Shown here in pieces: positions 17,023-26,707 of a DNA stretch of 60,362 bases. Source of the stretch: Anaerolineae bacterium (GTDB taxonomy: Bacteria > Chloroflexota > Anaerolineae > J036 > Brachytrichaceae); contig JAHBAL020000053.1 in NCBI GenBank assembly GCA_018500105.2, positions 1-60,362 on the forward strand, read 5' to 3'. How positions within the stretch are numbered: position 1 is the first letter of the stretch; every line of letters begins with the position of its first letter. Below the pieces are notes generated by a model. The model was not told where the DNA came from and made no database searches. It saw only the letters and a program-made list of their open reading frames with translations. The position numbers and the translations under genes were made by a program.

Positions 17023-19113
17023 TTAGTTCTCAACCTGTTGCGGCGTATAGCGCCCGCCATTTTCTTCAACCACTTCAGGCGCTTTTTGTGCGCCGCCGTT
17101 GTTGTTGCCGTTAATCACAACCACATCTTCTTTCGGCTTTTGCGCCGGCTGAGTTGATTGCTCATTGTTGCGTGGCGCTTCGATCACACGCCCGTTGCCG
17201 TGCCCATTGTGATGCCCGTTCACATGATAGCCATTGCCATTCAAATGCCCATTCATCGAGCCGTTGCGAATTTCGGCCAAGGCTTGGGCGCGGAGAGATG
17301 CCATTGTTTTAGGAATAATATTGTCATCTAAAGAATCAGGTGTTTGATTCTTTTCGATAATTTCTTGAAGTTCTCGACCGGTGAGTGTTCGTTTGAGCAA
17401 TAATTCCTCAGCTACCGCGGTTACTTCCCGCCAATGATTGCGCATTAATTTTTCTGTTGCGTCTTCCATCGCAAGCCAATATCTTGTTAATTCGGATCGG
17501 AATTTTTTGCGCTGATTTTGGTCTTTATCCACAATACTATGAGTGCTATCATAATCATCTATTGGAGGGCCAAAAAAGCCATTTGAAACCAAACGGCTAA
17601 GCCAAAAATTTACGGCAGGATAATCACCGCCAACACTTTGATACATCTCGCCTGAAAAAATCTTTTCTGCGGCACGTCCTGCTAAAGAAATGATTATGTT
17701 ATAAGCTATGCGAATTACAGGAGTAACATGTTGCTCTACAGAATCAATTCTTTGTACATACCCCTTAACACCAGTAGATAGTGGATTAATAGTTGCACGT
17801 AAGATTTTTTGCTCAGGCGCCATATAATACATTGCAATAGCATGGCCCGCCTCATGATAAGCCAGAACTTGTCTTTGGTCTTCAGCAAATTCTTCAAGCG
17901 GCATCTCCATTCCATCTTGCTGCTCCATGAATGCTCTATCAATATCGCGTTGTGAAACAAGTCGTCGGCCATCAAAAAAGGCGATGCGAACAGCATCTTT
18001 AGTGATTGCACTTGCAATATCTGCTGGCGTTAAGCCATTTGTGTCATTAACGATTGCCTCAATGTCAATCGAATCATCGCACTTGATTTTGTCTAAATAA
18101 CCCTGAACAATTAACCGGCGGCTGACACGATCTGGCGCTTCGACGGCAATCTTGGTGTCGAGACGACCTGAACGAGTAAGCGCGGGGTCGAGCACATCGG
18201 GGCGGTTGGTGCTACCCATCCACATCACATGCCAATTATTTGGCTTGGGTTTGTAGTTGCGCCCAATATTATTGTAAAAACGCATCTTAAAACGTTCCCA
18301 CCGCGACGGCATATTGATGCCGTCCATCTGGCTGAGCAAGGTGCTGAGCGCCATCATGCCCAAGCCCATCCCCATGCCGGTAGCGCTCGTCATACCCGGC
18401 TGACCGCTGCGCACACCGCCACGATTCATACCAATGGCGTCAATTTCGTCAATGTAGGCCACGCATGCGCCATATTTTTTCGCCAATTGCCGCGACCACG
18501 AGGCAAAGCGCAGCACCATCAAAATATCCATGCCCCAAAACATGCCTTGAAAGCTCGTGCCTTGGGCGCTGATGAAGGCCATGCCAGATTCACCGGCGAC
18601 CGCCTTGGCTAACATGGTTTTGCCAGTGCCGGGCGGGCCATACAGCAACAAGCCGCTAATATATTTGCCGCCCATCTTTTCATATTCTTTACGGTCGCGC
18701 AACAAATACATCCACTGCTTGACCAATTTCACCAATTGCGGTTGCCCCCAATAATCATCGAAGGTCACCGAGGTGTTATCGCCCGGCTTGATAATTTCGA
18801 CCTTTGGACGACCTAAAAACCAAAACAACAAACCAAACTGCAAAATAATGCCCATTAAAACGGCCAAAATTTGCACCACGATGCCGATCGAAGTGCTGAT
18901 GGCAGTTAAAACAAGGTTGAGCGAGACATCGTCAATGCTAGCAAAAGCGACAATTGCAGAAATAATACTGACAATGATCGTGATTTTGATAAAACTGCGA
19001 ATCGCCCGCTTTATACGCTGCTCTGGGCGATTGTAGGGGATATCTATTTTTTTCTTCTTCGCGTTCAAATCCGGGATTTGCGCGACTTTACGGGTTGGTT
19101 GGGTGATAGCCAT
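17023..19113 (-). CDS. Divergent FtsH-family AAA+ zinc metalloprotease paralogue with His/Asn/Gly-rich C-terminal tail
   Basis: Walker A GPPGTGKT, Walker B YIDEIDA, SRH-like NRPDVLDPALTRSGRLD, and M41 zinc site HEAGHA. Two adjacent N-terminal TM helices. There is an unusual Gly/Met-rich insertion after Walker B. The tail reads NGSMNGHLNGNGYHVNGHHNGHGNG. Confidence 0.8.
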   Translation of the reverse strand: MAITQPTRKVAQIPDLNAKKKKIDIPYNRPEQRIKRAIRSFIKITIIVSIISAIVAFASIDDVSLNLVLTAISTSIGIVVQILAVLMGIILQFGLLFWFLGRPKVEIIKPGDNTSVTFDDYWGQPQLVKLVKQWMYLLRDRKEYEKMGGKYISGLLLYGPPGTGKTMLAKAVAGESGMAFISAQGTSFQGMFWGMDILMVLRFASWSRQLAKKYGACVAYIDEIDAIGMNRGGVRSGQPGMTSATGMGMGLGMMALSTLLSQMDGINMPSRWERFKMRFYNNIGRNYKPKPNNWHVMWMGSTNRPDVLDPALTRSGRLDTKIAVEAPDRVSRRLIVQGYLDKIKCDDSIDIEAIVNDTNGLTPADIASAITKDAVRIAFFDGRRLVSQRDIDRAFMEQQDGMEMPLEEFAEDQRQVLAYHEAGHAIAMYYMAPEQKILRATINPLSTGVKGYVQRIDSVEQHVTPVIRIAYNIIISLAGRAAEKIFSGEMYQSVGGDYPAVNFWLSRLVSNGFFGPPIDDYDSTHSIVDKDQNQRKKFRSELTRYWLAMEDATEKLMRNHWREVTAVAEELLLKRTLTGRELQEIIEKNQTPDSLDDNIIPKTMASLRAQALAEIRNGSMNGHLNGNGYHVNGHHNGHGNGRVIEAPRNNEQSTQPAQKPKEDVVVINGNNNGGAQKAPEVVEENGGRYTPQQVEN

Positions 19114-19196
19114 TCATTCCTCCGACATTGGTATATAAAAGATTGTAATCTAACATGTGAGTGGCAATTGCAAAATACATGAAAAAAGAATAAATA

Positions 19197-19320
19197 ATTA
19201 CGAGTTACGAATTACGAATTACGAATTGAAAGTGTGGCAATGAGTCGCGTCTAGCGCTTGTTTGATACTTGATCTCATAGCCGTCTGCTAAAGCACCCCC
19301 GAAATTCGTAATTCGTAATT
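19197..19320. repeat. Inverted tandem-heptamer array (TTACGAA / TTCGTAA) with a ~70-nt loop
   Basis: AATTACGAGTTACGAATTACGAATTACGAATT (19197-19228) faces GAAATTCGTAATTCGTAATT (19301-19320). It lies between the ftsH-like start and the rsmG stop. Confidence 0.9.
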
Positions 19321-19322
19321 AT

Positions 19323-20054
19323 TTACCGAAGCGGTTTGTTACGGGGACCACCGCCTTGGCGAGGGTATTGGGTTTTTGTGCTGCTGTTTTTTTGAATGGC
19401 GATAAACGCCCGCTTGTCTTGGGTGCTGGGCAATTGAATCGTGTGCAGCGCCAGCACCGCGCCCCCCAATTTGGCAATTGCGCCTTGGGCTTGGCTCAGC
19501 TCAACCTCGGCATCGCTGCCTTTCATGGCAACACACAGCCCCCCCACCCGCACAAACGGCAGCAAATATTCGACCAGCGTCGCCAGTGGCGCAACCGCCC
19601 GCGCCACCACCAAATCGTACTGCTCACGATGTTGCAGATCGTGAGCGGCCTCCTCGGCCCGACCATTGACCGCACGAATGCCGCTCAGTTTGAGCGTATC
19701 AATAACCGTTTGACAAAACATCACTTTTTTGCCGGTGCTGTCCATGAGCGTCACCTGCAAATGAGGCAACGCGATTTTAAGCGGCAAGCCCGGAAATCCC
19801 GCCCCCGTGCCGAGATCAAGCACAGTGGTGATGGGCTTGGCATGCTCAGCCGCCAAACGGGCCAACACGGGCACAAGCGTGAGCGAATCGGCAAAATGCT
19901 TGGTGGCAATACCTTCTGGGTTAGCAATTGCCGTCAAGTTGAATTTCTGATTCCATTCCATCAACAATTCGGCATAACGGGCGAATTGTTGGCGTTGCAA
20001 TTCGGTCAATTCAACGCCAACGGCGCGGCTCGCCTCGTCAATTAATTGGTGCAT
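19323..20054 (-). CDS. rsmG: 16S rRNA (guanine527-N7)-methyltransferase
   Basis: FARYAELLMEWNQKFNLTAI and SAM motif VLDLGTGAGFPGLPLKI. The ORF-track extension to 20144 runs through a heptamer repeat, so ATG 20054 (MHQLIDE) is preferred. Confidence 0.85.
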   Translation of the reverse strand: MHQLIDEASRAVGVELTELQRQQFARYAELLMEWNQKFNLTAIANPEGIATKHFADSLTLVPVLARLAAEHAKPITTVLDLGTGAGFPGLPLKIALPHLQVTLMDSTGKKVMFCQTVIDTLKLSGIRAVNGRAEEAAHDLQHREQYDLVVARAVAPLATLVEYLLPFVRVGGLCVAMKGSDAEVELSQAQGAIAKLGGAVLALHTIQLPSTQDKRAFIAIQKNSSTKTQYPRQGGGPRNKPLR

Positions 20055-20095
20055 AGTTGCAGGTTGCATAGTTGCATGGTTACAGGTCGCATGGC
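20051..20095. repeat. Degenerate heptamer run (GTTGCAN family)
   Basis: GCATAGTTGCAGGTTGCATAGTTGCATGGTTACAGGTCGCATGG. It is related to the TGCAACC runs at 225-247, 2461-2492 and 60185-60316. Confidence 0.7.
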
Positions 20096-20155
20096 GCATG
20101 ATGTGGTAAAACACGTTTTCGCCAAAATCGGCCTCAGTCTGCAAGCAGTATACCC

Positions 20156-21355
20156 CTACTGACGGCTGCCGTCAGCGCCGCCGCGCAGCCATTCATATAC
20201 TTCTACCATCAGCTTGGCACGTTGATGCCAGCTAAAATGTTGCTGAACCCGAGCGCGGAGTTGGTGCGCCAATTCGGCCCGCATGGACGCATTGGCGAAG
20301 GCCGTAAGAATGCCATTGGCAAACGCCGCCGTGTCGCCCACCGGCGCATAAATGCCATAATCGCCCAGCAACTCACGTTGGGCATGCGTATCGAAAGCCA
20401 CCGTCGGCAAGCCCAAGGCCATATAGTTGAGAATTTTGCCGCTCCCTTCGGTCAGCGATAATTTGGGCGCGGCAGCAACATCGCCCAATGCCAAGACGCG
20501 CGGCATGTCAAAATAAGGCACGCGCCCGCCAAATACCATTTCGCCCGCCACCCCGCTGGCCTCGGCATGGGCACGCCAAATATCAATGCCCGGAAAACCC
20601 ATCACCAGCCAGCGGAATTGATGCCCTTGCGCTTTGAGCATGGCGGCGGCATCAATCAGGTTTTGAATGCCTTGATGACGGGCGAGCAGGCCGAGAAAAA
20701 TCACCACCTTTTCGTCGTGGCCAATGCCAAATTGCGCCCGCATCTGAGCGCGTTCATCAGACGAAAGCAAGCCGGGTCGCACGTCGTCGGTGTTAACGCC
20801 ATCGGTAAGCGCCTCAATACGGCGATCGGGGTGAATTTTGCGCAAGGTGGCGGCGGCGTGAATGGTGCTGGTAAAAATGGCGTCGGTGCTGCGTTCGGCC
20901 ATGCGCTCGACCGTGCGCCACATGCGTTCGCGTTTGCCATCGGGCCGCATAAACCCGTGATGCAACATTTCATCGGTTAGGCTGCCCTGATAATCCATGC
21001 ACACTGGCAGCCGCCAAGGCCGCGCCAACACACCGCCCAACAGCCCGCCTTCGTGCAAATGCCCGTGCACAACATCAAAACGATTGCGGCTGAGCACGCG
21101 CAACAAACGCACCGCCAATAATGCATCGAAGGCGAATTTGTGGCGCGACGAACCAACCTCATAATTGGCGTGCCAAGGTGTGGGCGCGGTGCGAATAATG
21201 CGCAAGCGCGGCACATCGTTGCCCTTGAAATAGGTCACGACTGTGACTTCGTGGCCTAATGCCTGTAGCGCCCGTGCCTCTTCGTAGATGCGCACATGGC
21301 AGCCGTAATCATTAAAAAACGAAGTCGGGGCGATGCTAAGAATGCGCAAGCTCAA
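20156..21355 (-). CDS. Glycosyltransferase, GT-B fold (family 4-like)
   Basis: 399 aa. N-terminal LRILSIAPTSFFNDYGCHVRIYEEARAL, HGHLHEGG, and a C-terminal sugar-nucleotide-binding half with E..GKILNYMALGLP. Confidence 0.75.
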   Translation of the reverse strand: MSLRILSIAPTSFFNDYGCHVRIYEEARALQALGHEVTVVTYFKGNDVPRLRIIRTAPTPWHANYEVGSSRHKFAFDALLAVRLLRVLSRNRFDVVHGHLHEGGLLGGVLARPWRLPVCMDYQGSLTDEMLHHGFMRPDGKRERMWRTVERMAERSTDAIFTSTIHAAATLRKIHPDRRIEALTDGVNTDDVRPGLLSSDERAQMRAQFGIGHDEKVVIFLGLLARHQGIQNLIDAAAMLKAQGHQFRWLVMGFPGIDIWRAHAEASGVAGEMVFGGRVPYFDMPRVLALGDVAAAPKLSLTEGSGKILNYMALGLPTVAFDTHAQRELLGDYGIYAPVGDTAAFANGILTAFANASMRAELAHQLRARVQQHFSWHQRAKLMVEVYEWLRGGADGSRQ

Positions 21356-22320
21356 CGTTTGCGTTGCAACTGGTCAGCCAAACGTTGACCCAGTAACGAC
21401 CCCATCAGCGATGGTTTTTGCACCTCGGCATTGGGTGGCAAATCTTCGCGCCCGCGCTGCCAATCATTAAGCCATTCAATCCGCTGATTTTGGGCTTGGC
21501 TGAGCAACTGAGCAACCTGTTTTGCGTCACCGCTCTCAATCGCATCACGCAGGGTCACCAATTGGCGCATGGTTTGATTAAGCCAGTGAGCGCTGGCGGC
21601 GGGCTGCTGCATCAATGCGGCGGCGAGTTCGGCAGGGGTACGCTGGTCGAGTTGGGCGGTGGCTTGGTTAAACGCCTCGCCAGCCAGCCATTTACGTTCG
21701 CGCCACGCCACATCGCCTGCCACCACCGACATCATGGCAAACCCAAGCGCGGCGGGCAATGCGTCAACGGCGAGGCGCAGCCCATCATGCTCGTCCGCAT
21801 CCATAAAAATGGGTGCGGCTTCGAGTGCGCTGACGATATTGGCAAATTGGGCCACCGATTCGGGCGCTGTGCCCGAACGCGGGGTGATAGTCCATGCCGC
21901 ACCTTTCAGGCTGATGGCGGTGTCGGGCTGGGCATCCGGCATGGTTGGCTTTAGGATGACATCGCTGCTGATATAGGCGACATTGGCGGGCAAAACGGCG
22001 GCCAATCTGAGGGCGTTGGTCTTAACGGGGCACAAGTCGGTGATGATCGCGCCAGCGGCGACGTCTTTGGCAATCGCCTTGAGCGTCACCTCAAGCCCAT
22101 CTTGCGGAATGGCGAGCAAAATCAGTTGTGCGCCCTCGACCGAGGCCGGCAAATTCCACTGGGTGCGATCTACCGCCTTGAGTGACTCGGCGCGTTTGGC
22201 GGCGCTATTGTCTTTGTCGTGCCCGATTATTTCGGCATCTTTGACGACGTTGCGCAGGGCCAAGCCCAATGCCGTGCCAAGTTTGCCGCAGCCGACGATG
22301 GTGATTCGTGTTTTTGACAT
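21352..22320 (-). CDS. Prephenate/arogenate dehydrogenase family protein
   Basis: Rossmann ITIVGCGKLGTALGLAL...IIGHD, then a helical dimerisation-like C-terminal half. There is a 4-bp overlap with the downstream GT4. Confidence 0.55.
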   Translation of the reverse strand: MSKTRITIVGCGKLGTALGLALRNVVKDAEIIGHDKDNSAAKRAESLKAVDRTQWNLPASVEGAQLILLAIPQDGLEVTLKAIAKDVAAGAIITDLCPVKTNALRLAAVLPANVAYISSDVILKPTMPDAQPDTAISLKGAAWTITPRSGTAPESVAQFANIVSALEAAPIFMDADEHDGLRLAVDALPAALGFAMMSVVAGDVAWRERKWLAGEAFNQATAQLDQRTPAELAAALMQQPAASAHWLNQTMRQLVTLRDAIESGDAKQVAQLLSQAQNQRIEWLNDWQRGREDLPPNAEVQKPSLMGSLLGQRLADQLQRKR

Positions 22321-22344
22321 AGATACGCAATAATAATTGAGCTG

Positions 22345-22983
22345 CTATTCAGCCGCAGGGCTAGATACTGTCTCGCTATTTTTTGTTGAGGTGGGTTTCG
22401 GTTGCGGCTTTGGGTTACTGATCGCCATCCCAATCGTCTTTGACGTGCGCTCTTCCTTTGGCGCAGGTGTATCTGCCTCAGCAGCAGGCGCGGGGGCGCT
22501 TGGCATCCCCATGCCGCTCATGCCCATATCGTCGTAGCCACCCATGCCACCCATGCCGCCGGGGCCGCCCATGTCATCGCCAAACATATCGCCCATCCGT
22601 TCCTCAATGCGGTCTGGATCTTCGCCAGATTCGAGCCGCCCAACCACTTCTTCAAATTCTTCGCCAAGACTTTCGCCGGTTTCGGCGGCCATGCGGCGCA
22701 TAAAGCGGCCCAACGAGCGTGGATCGTTTTCGTCAATGCCCTCTAGTTCGCGCATCATGCGATCTTCTGCACCGGGCGGCAGGTCTGGCCCATCTTCGCC
22801 CCCGCGAGACGCATTGGCATTGCTGCCGCCGCGCACCATCCGCACCCGCGACATCACCCGCGTTAAGTTGGCACTGCCGCAGCGCGTGCAGCGGGCCTTT
22901 GTCTCATCCACCGCCGACAAACTGCGCCAAAAAATACTCACCTTGCGGTGACAATCAGCACAACGATATTCATAAATTGGCAT
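22345..22983 (-). CDS. FmdB-family zinc-ribbon protein with long low-complexity tail
   Basis: MPIYEYRCADCHRKV...CTRCGS (CxxC...CxxC), followed by about 170 aa of an acidic, then Gly/Met-rich (GGPGGMGGMGGYDDMGMSGMGM), then Pro/Lys-rich tail. Confidence 0.7.
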   Translation of the reverse strand: MPIYEYRCADCHRKVSIFWRSLSAVDETKARCTRCGSANLTRVMSRVRMVRGGSNANASRGGEDGPDLPPGAEDRMMRELEGIDENDPRSLGRFMRRMAAETGESLGEEFEEVVGRLESGEDPDRIEERMGDMFGDDMGGPGGMGGMGGYDDMGMSGMGMPSAPAPAAEADTPAPKEERTSKTIGMAISNPKPQPKPTSTKNSETVSSPAAE

Positions 22984-23050
22984 ACGTCGTTATTTTATCG
23001 CACGTTATTGCGCTGCCCGTCTGTATTCCGTCCAACTCGTTTTGGGGTTA

Positions 23051-23989
23051 ATGTTAGAATCGCCCCCTATGAGTGCGCCCGAAATGCAGGCGAGTCAAGC
23101 ATTTGTCGTTGTTATACCTGCCTTTAATGAAGCCAGATTCATTGGCAGCGTCGTGATTCAATCCTTGCGGTTTACGCCGCAAGTGTTAGTCATTGACGAT
23201 GGCAGCCAAGACGATACAGCCTACATCGCTGAACAGGCGGGGGCGATGGTGATTCGCCACGAGCGAAATGGCGGCAAAAGCAAGGCGGTCAACACCGCGC
23301 TCAATTGGGCACGCGAAAACCAAGTGCAAGCGTTGGTGCTGATTGACGGCGACGGCCAAAGCAGCCCGCTCGAAATTCCGAGTGTGGTCGCGCCCGTGTT
23401 GTCGGGCGAGGCCGATGTGGTCATCGGGTCACGTTTTTTGCAGGTCAAAAGTGACATTCCAGTGTATCGGCAGGTAGGGCAACATTTGCTCACCGCCGCC
23501 ACCAATTTAACCAGCGCCGTCAATGTCACCGATTCGCAAAGTGGGTTTCGGGCTTTGTCGCGCCGCGCCATCGAGGCGATGTTTTTTACCGGTACGGGGC
23601 TATCGGTCGAGTCTGAGATGCAGTTTTTGATGCAAAAGCATCAACTTCGATTGGCCGAAGTGCCGGTGAGTGTGGTGTATGCCGAGCCTGCCAAACGTAA
23701 TCCGGTAGCGCACGGGGTGCAGATTTTGACCAATTTGATCAAATTAGTGTCAGAGAATCGCCCGTTGACATTTTTTGGCGGTGCAGGTTTAGCGTCGCTG
23801 TTGATCGGCATTTTGTTTGGGTTACACGTTACCGACACCTATTTCCGCACTTTTCAGTTGGCGGTTGGCTATGCCATGATCTCGGTTTTGCTCACATTGT
23901 TGGGGGTGATTGCAGTATTCGTCGGCATCATTTTGCATAATTTGCGGGCGCTGGTTGATGAATTAAAGATGACCATTCAAGAACGGTAA
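23051..23989 (+). CDS. GT2 polyprenyl-phosphate glycosyltransferase (GtrB/CsbB/DPM1-like) with two C-terminal TM helices
   Basis: VVIPAFNEA...VIDDGSQDDT...LIDGDGQ (DxD), then C-terminal TM pair LTFFGGAGLASLLIGILFGL and MISVLLTLLGVIAVFVGIIL. The start is ambiguous (TTG 23042, ATG 23051 or ATG 23069). Confidence 0.75.
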   Translation: MLESPPMSAPEMQASQAFVVVIPAFNEARFIGSVVIQSLRFTPQVLVIDDGSQDDTAYIAEQAGAMVIRHERNGGKSKAVNTALNWARENQVQALVLIDGDGQSSPLEIPSVVAPVLSGEADVVIGSRFLQVKSDIPVYRQVGQHLLTAATNLTSAVNVTDSQSGFRALSRRAIEAMFFTGTGLSVESEMQFLMQKHQLRLAEVPVSVVYAEPAKRNPVAHGVQILTNLIKLVSENRPLTFFGGAGLASLLIGILFGLHVTDTYFRTFQLAVGYAMISVLLTLLGVIAVFVGIILHNLRALVDELKMTIQER

Positions 23990-23993
23990 TCGC

Positions 23994-24776
23994 ATGAAAA
24001 TTAGTATCGTTACGCCATCGTTTAACCACGCCCAATTTATCGAACGCACCATTCAGAGTGTGTTGATGCAAAATGGCGATTTTGAGGTCGAGCATTTGGT
24101 GTTTGATGGCGGTAGCACCGATGGCACGCTTGATATTTTGCGGCGCTATGAAGATCGGCTGTGGTGGGTGAGCGAAAAAGATCGCGGGCAGTCACACGCC
24201 ATCAACAAAGGCTTGCAGCGGGCAACAGGTGATATTGTATGTTGGCTCAACAGCGACGACGTGCTTTGCGCGGGCGCATTGCAGCGGGTTGTGCAGGCTT
24301 TTGCCGACAATCCGACCATTGAGTGGGTGCATGGTCGCTGCAACATGATAGACGAACACGATCGCGAAATTCGGCGCTGGATTAGCGCTTATAAACATTG
24401 GCGCTGCCGCGCTTATTCATATGCGGGTTTGGTGAGCGAAAACTTCATCAGCCAAATGACCGTGTTTTGGCGACGGCGCGTGCATGAGCGCATTGGTTGG
24501 CTAGATGAGTCGCTGCGCTGGGCGTTCGATTACGATTTGTGGCTGCGTTTGGGCAAGCTCGGCGACCCGCTGTATCTTGAGCAACCCCAAGCCTGTTTTC
24601 GGTGGTATACCACCAGCAAGAGTGGCGGTGGCTTTCGTGGACAATTTGCCGAGGATTTTGCCGTTGCCGAACGCCATGCCGGCGCTCGAACCGATTGGCT
24701 GCGCCGCAAGAAGCTGAAGACACGGGCAATTATTGGGGTGTATGGGGCGATGGAGAATTTAAAATTCAAAATGTAG
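23994..24776 (+). CDS. Glycosyltransferase family 2
   Basis: ISIVTPSFNHAQFIERTIQSV...FDGGSTDGT...WLNSDD (DxD-like). Confidence 0.8.
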   Translation: MKISIVTPSFNHAQFIERTIQSVLMQNGDFEVEHLVFDGGSTDGTLDILRRYEDRLWWVSEKDRGQSHAINKGLQRATGDIVCWLNSDDVLCAGALQRVVQAFADNPTIEWVHGRCNMIDEHDREIRRWISAYKHWRCRAYSYAGLVSENFISQMTVFWRRRVHERIGWLDESLRWAFDYDLWLRLGKLGDPLYLEQPQACFRWYTTSKSGGGFRGQFAEDFAVAERHAGARTDWLRRKKLKTRAIIGVYGAMENLKFKM

Positions 24777-24835
24777 AATTTAAAACCTTTGGCACGAATA
24801 TCAATTTTACATTTTCAATTTTAAATTCTAAATTT
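24754..24835. repeat. AT-rich inverted heptamer array (GAATTTA / TAAATTC) overlapping the GT2 stop codon
   Basis: GAATTTAAAATTCAAAATGTAGAATTTAAAA faces TTTTACATTTTCAATTTTAAATTC (24805-24828), with near-perfect complementarity. Confidence 0.8.
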
Positions 24836-24837
24836 AT

Positions 24838-25545
24838 ATGAATATTGCGATTCATCAGCCCAACTATATCCCTTGGTGCGGTTTTTTTGCCAAAATGGCA
24901 TTGTGCGACACCTTTGTTTTTCTTGATGATGCCGAGATGTCTACCGGCCCCAGCTACGTGTATCGGGCCAAAATTCGCGGACATCATGACGACGCAATGT
25001 GGCTGTCTGTGCCAAATCATCGGCAACTTGGGCAAACAATAGACCAAATCGAAGTGGTTAACTCGACTTGGTGGCGAGACCATCTCAACATGTTACGCGC
25101 TGTTTATGGCAAAGCGCCTTATTTTAAAGAAATATTTAGTTTTATCGAGCCAATTTATCGCAGCAAAGAGAAGGTTTTGATGAATTTAAATATTCAGCTC
25201 ATTCTGAGCATAGCAAATTATCTTGGCTTGAAGCCTGAGTTTAAACGCAGCAGCGACATACACCCAGCAGGATTTAGCGATGATCGTCTGATCTCGATTG
25301 CGAATATTTTAGGTGCATCGGGCTATATTTCAGGCAAAGGCGGGCAAAAATATCAAGACCCCAACAAATTTGCAGCAGCAGGGATTCATTTACACGTTTA
25401 CACTTACCCCAGCCCAGTTTATGCTCAAGCTAACCAGCCTTTCGTGGCTGGATTGAGCGTGTTGGATGCTTTATTTCATTTGGGTAAAGATGCAGTATCA
25501 GTATTGCCAGACAAATCGCAATTGCCGATGCCAATCAACGATTAG
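24838..25545 (+). CDS. WbqC family protein
   Basis: MNIAIHQPNYIPWCGFFAKMALCDTFVFLDDA is the characteristic WbqC-like N-terminus. It sits in an O-antigen-type context. Confidence 0.8.
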   Translation: MNIAIHQPNYIPWCGFFAKMALCDTFVFLDDAEMSTGPSYVYRAKIRGHHDDAMWLSVPNHRQLGQTIDQIEVVNSTWWRDHLNMLRAVYGKAPYFKEIFSFIEPIYRSKEKVLMNLNIQLILSIANYLGLKPEFKRSSDIHPAGFSDDRLISIANILGASGYISGKGGQKYQDPNKFAAAGIHLHVYTYPSPVYAQANQPFVAGLSVLDALFHLGKDAVSVLPDKSQLPMPIND

Positions 25546-25551
25546 ACGCCT

Positions 25552-26670
25552 ATGCCACGACTCTTAATTTTGGCCGATTATGCCCCTAGCGTGGTAGCAC
25601 GAGCCTCGAACACGCAACTCAGTTATGCTGAAATGATGCAAAAATTGCATTCAACTGTGTATGATCGCTCTAAGTATTTGCTTAAGCATTTTGGCGATTT
25701 GGGTTATGAGGCCATTGAGCTTGCACCTAGTGCCTCACTGATTCAGGAAACATGGGCACGCGAAAATAATATTTCGCTGGATAAGCCTTTGATCTCGCAC
25801 GAAAAAGAGCGTTTTGGCCGGTTGGCAACAAATAAATTGACCAATACACATGTGTTCGGCTCACTTAGTTCGCAACTACAGTTTATCACCTTGGCGCAAA
25901 TTAAGGCGTTGCGTCCAGATGTCATTTTGGCGACCAATGTCACGGCGTTTTCGCCCTCGGTCTTGCGCGAAATGCGCCAATATTGCCGATTCTTTATTGG
26001 CGAATGCGGTTATCCTGTTCCGCGTGTCAATTGGGGACTGTATGACCTCATTTTAAGTTGTCATCCGGGCTTTTTGGCAAATTATTGCAAGCAAGGCGCG
26101 GTGGGGCATTTTTGGCCGCATGCCTTCGAGCCAGCTATTTTGGAGGAATTGGGGCCAATGGAAAAAACGCGCGGGCTTGTGTTTTGTGGATTTGTTGGCG
26201 GGCGTTTCTCGATTTACGTCGAGCGTTGGCGCATTGTTTCGGCGCTAAGCCAGCATATGCCGATTGAAGTCTATGGTGCCATGCGCCAAGTTCCTAAAAA
26301 CCTCGTGCCAAAGCCCTCGGTGTGGGGCTATGAGATGTATCGCACCATTGGCGCGGCGCAAATCTCGCTAAATGTGCATGGCGATAAAAACGGCAACTTT
26401 TCCTCAAACATGCGTATGTTTGAGACCACCGGCATTGGCACCTGCATGTTGACCGAGGCGACAAGCAATCTCGATTATTTTTTTGTGCCCGACGCAGAAG
26501 TAGCGACTTTTAAATCGGTGGATGAGTGTGTTGAAAAAGCCAAATGGTTGCTTGAACACCCAGCAGAATGCGAGAAAATTGGCAAAGCTGGGCAAAAACG
26601 AACCTTGAAAGATCATACCTTGCAACAACGTGTGCAAGAATTAGATCAAATCATTCGCAAAAAATTGTAA
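25552..26670 (+). CDS. CgeB-family / GT-B C-terminal-domain glycosyltransferase-like protein
   Basis: C-terminal half ISLNVHGD...NMRMFETTGIGTCMLTE...VATFKSVDECVEKAKWLLEHP...IGKAGQKRTLKDHT resembles the Glyco_trans_1_2/CgeB pattern. Confidence 0.55.
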   Translation: MPRLLILADYAPSVVARASNTQLSYAEMMQKLHSTVYDRSKYLLKHFGDLGYEAIELAPSASLIQETWARENNISLDKPLISHEKERFGRLATNKLTNTHVFGSLSSQLQFITLAQIKALRPDVILATNVTAFSPSVLREMRQYCRFFIGECGYPVPRVNWGLYDLILSCHPGFLANYCKQGAVGHFWPHAFEPAILEELGPMEKTRGLVFCGFVGGRFSIYVERWRIVSALSQHMPIEVYGAMRQVPKNLVPKPSVWGYEMYRTIGAAQISLNVHGDKNGNFSSNMRMFETTGIGTCMLTEATSNLDYFFVPDAEVATFKSVDECVEKAKWLLEHPAECEKIGKAGQKRTLKDHTLQQRVQELDQIIRKKL

Positions 26671-26707
26671 GTTGATATGCTTAGGCGGTCGCCTAAGTTT
26701 TGCCACC

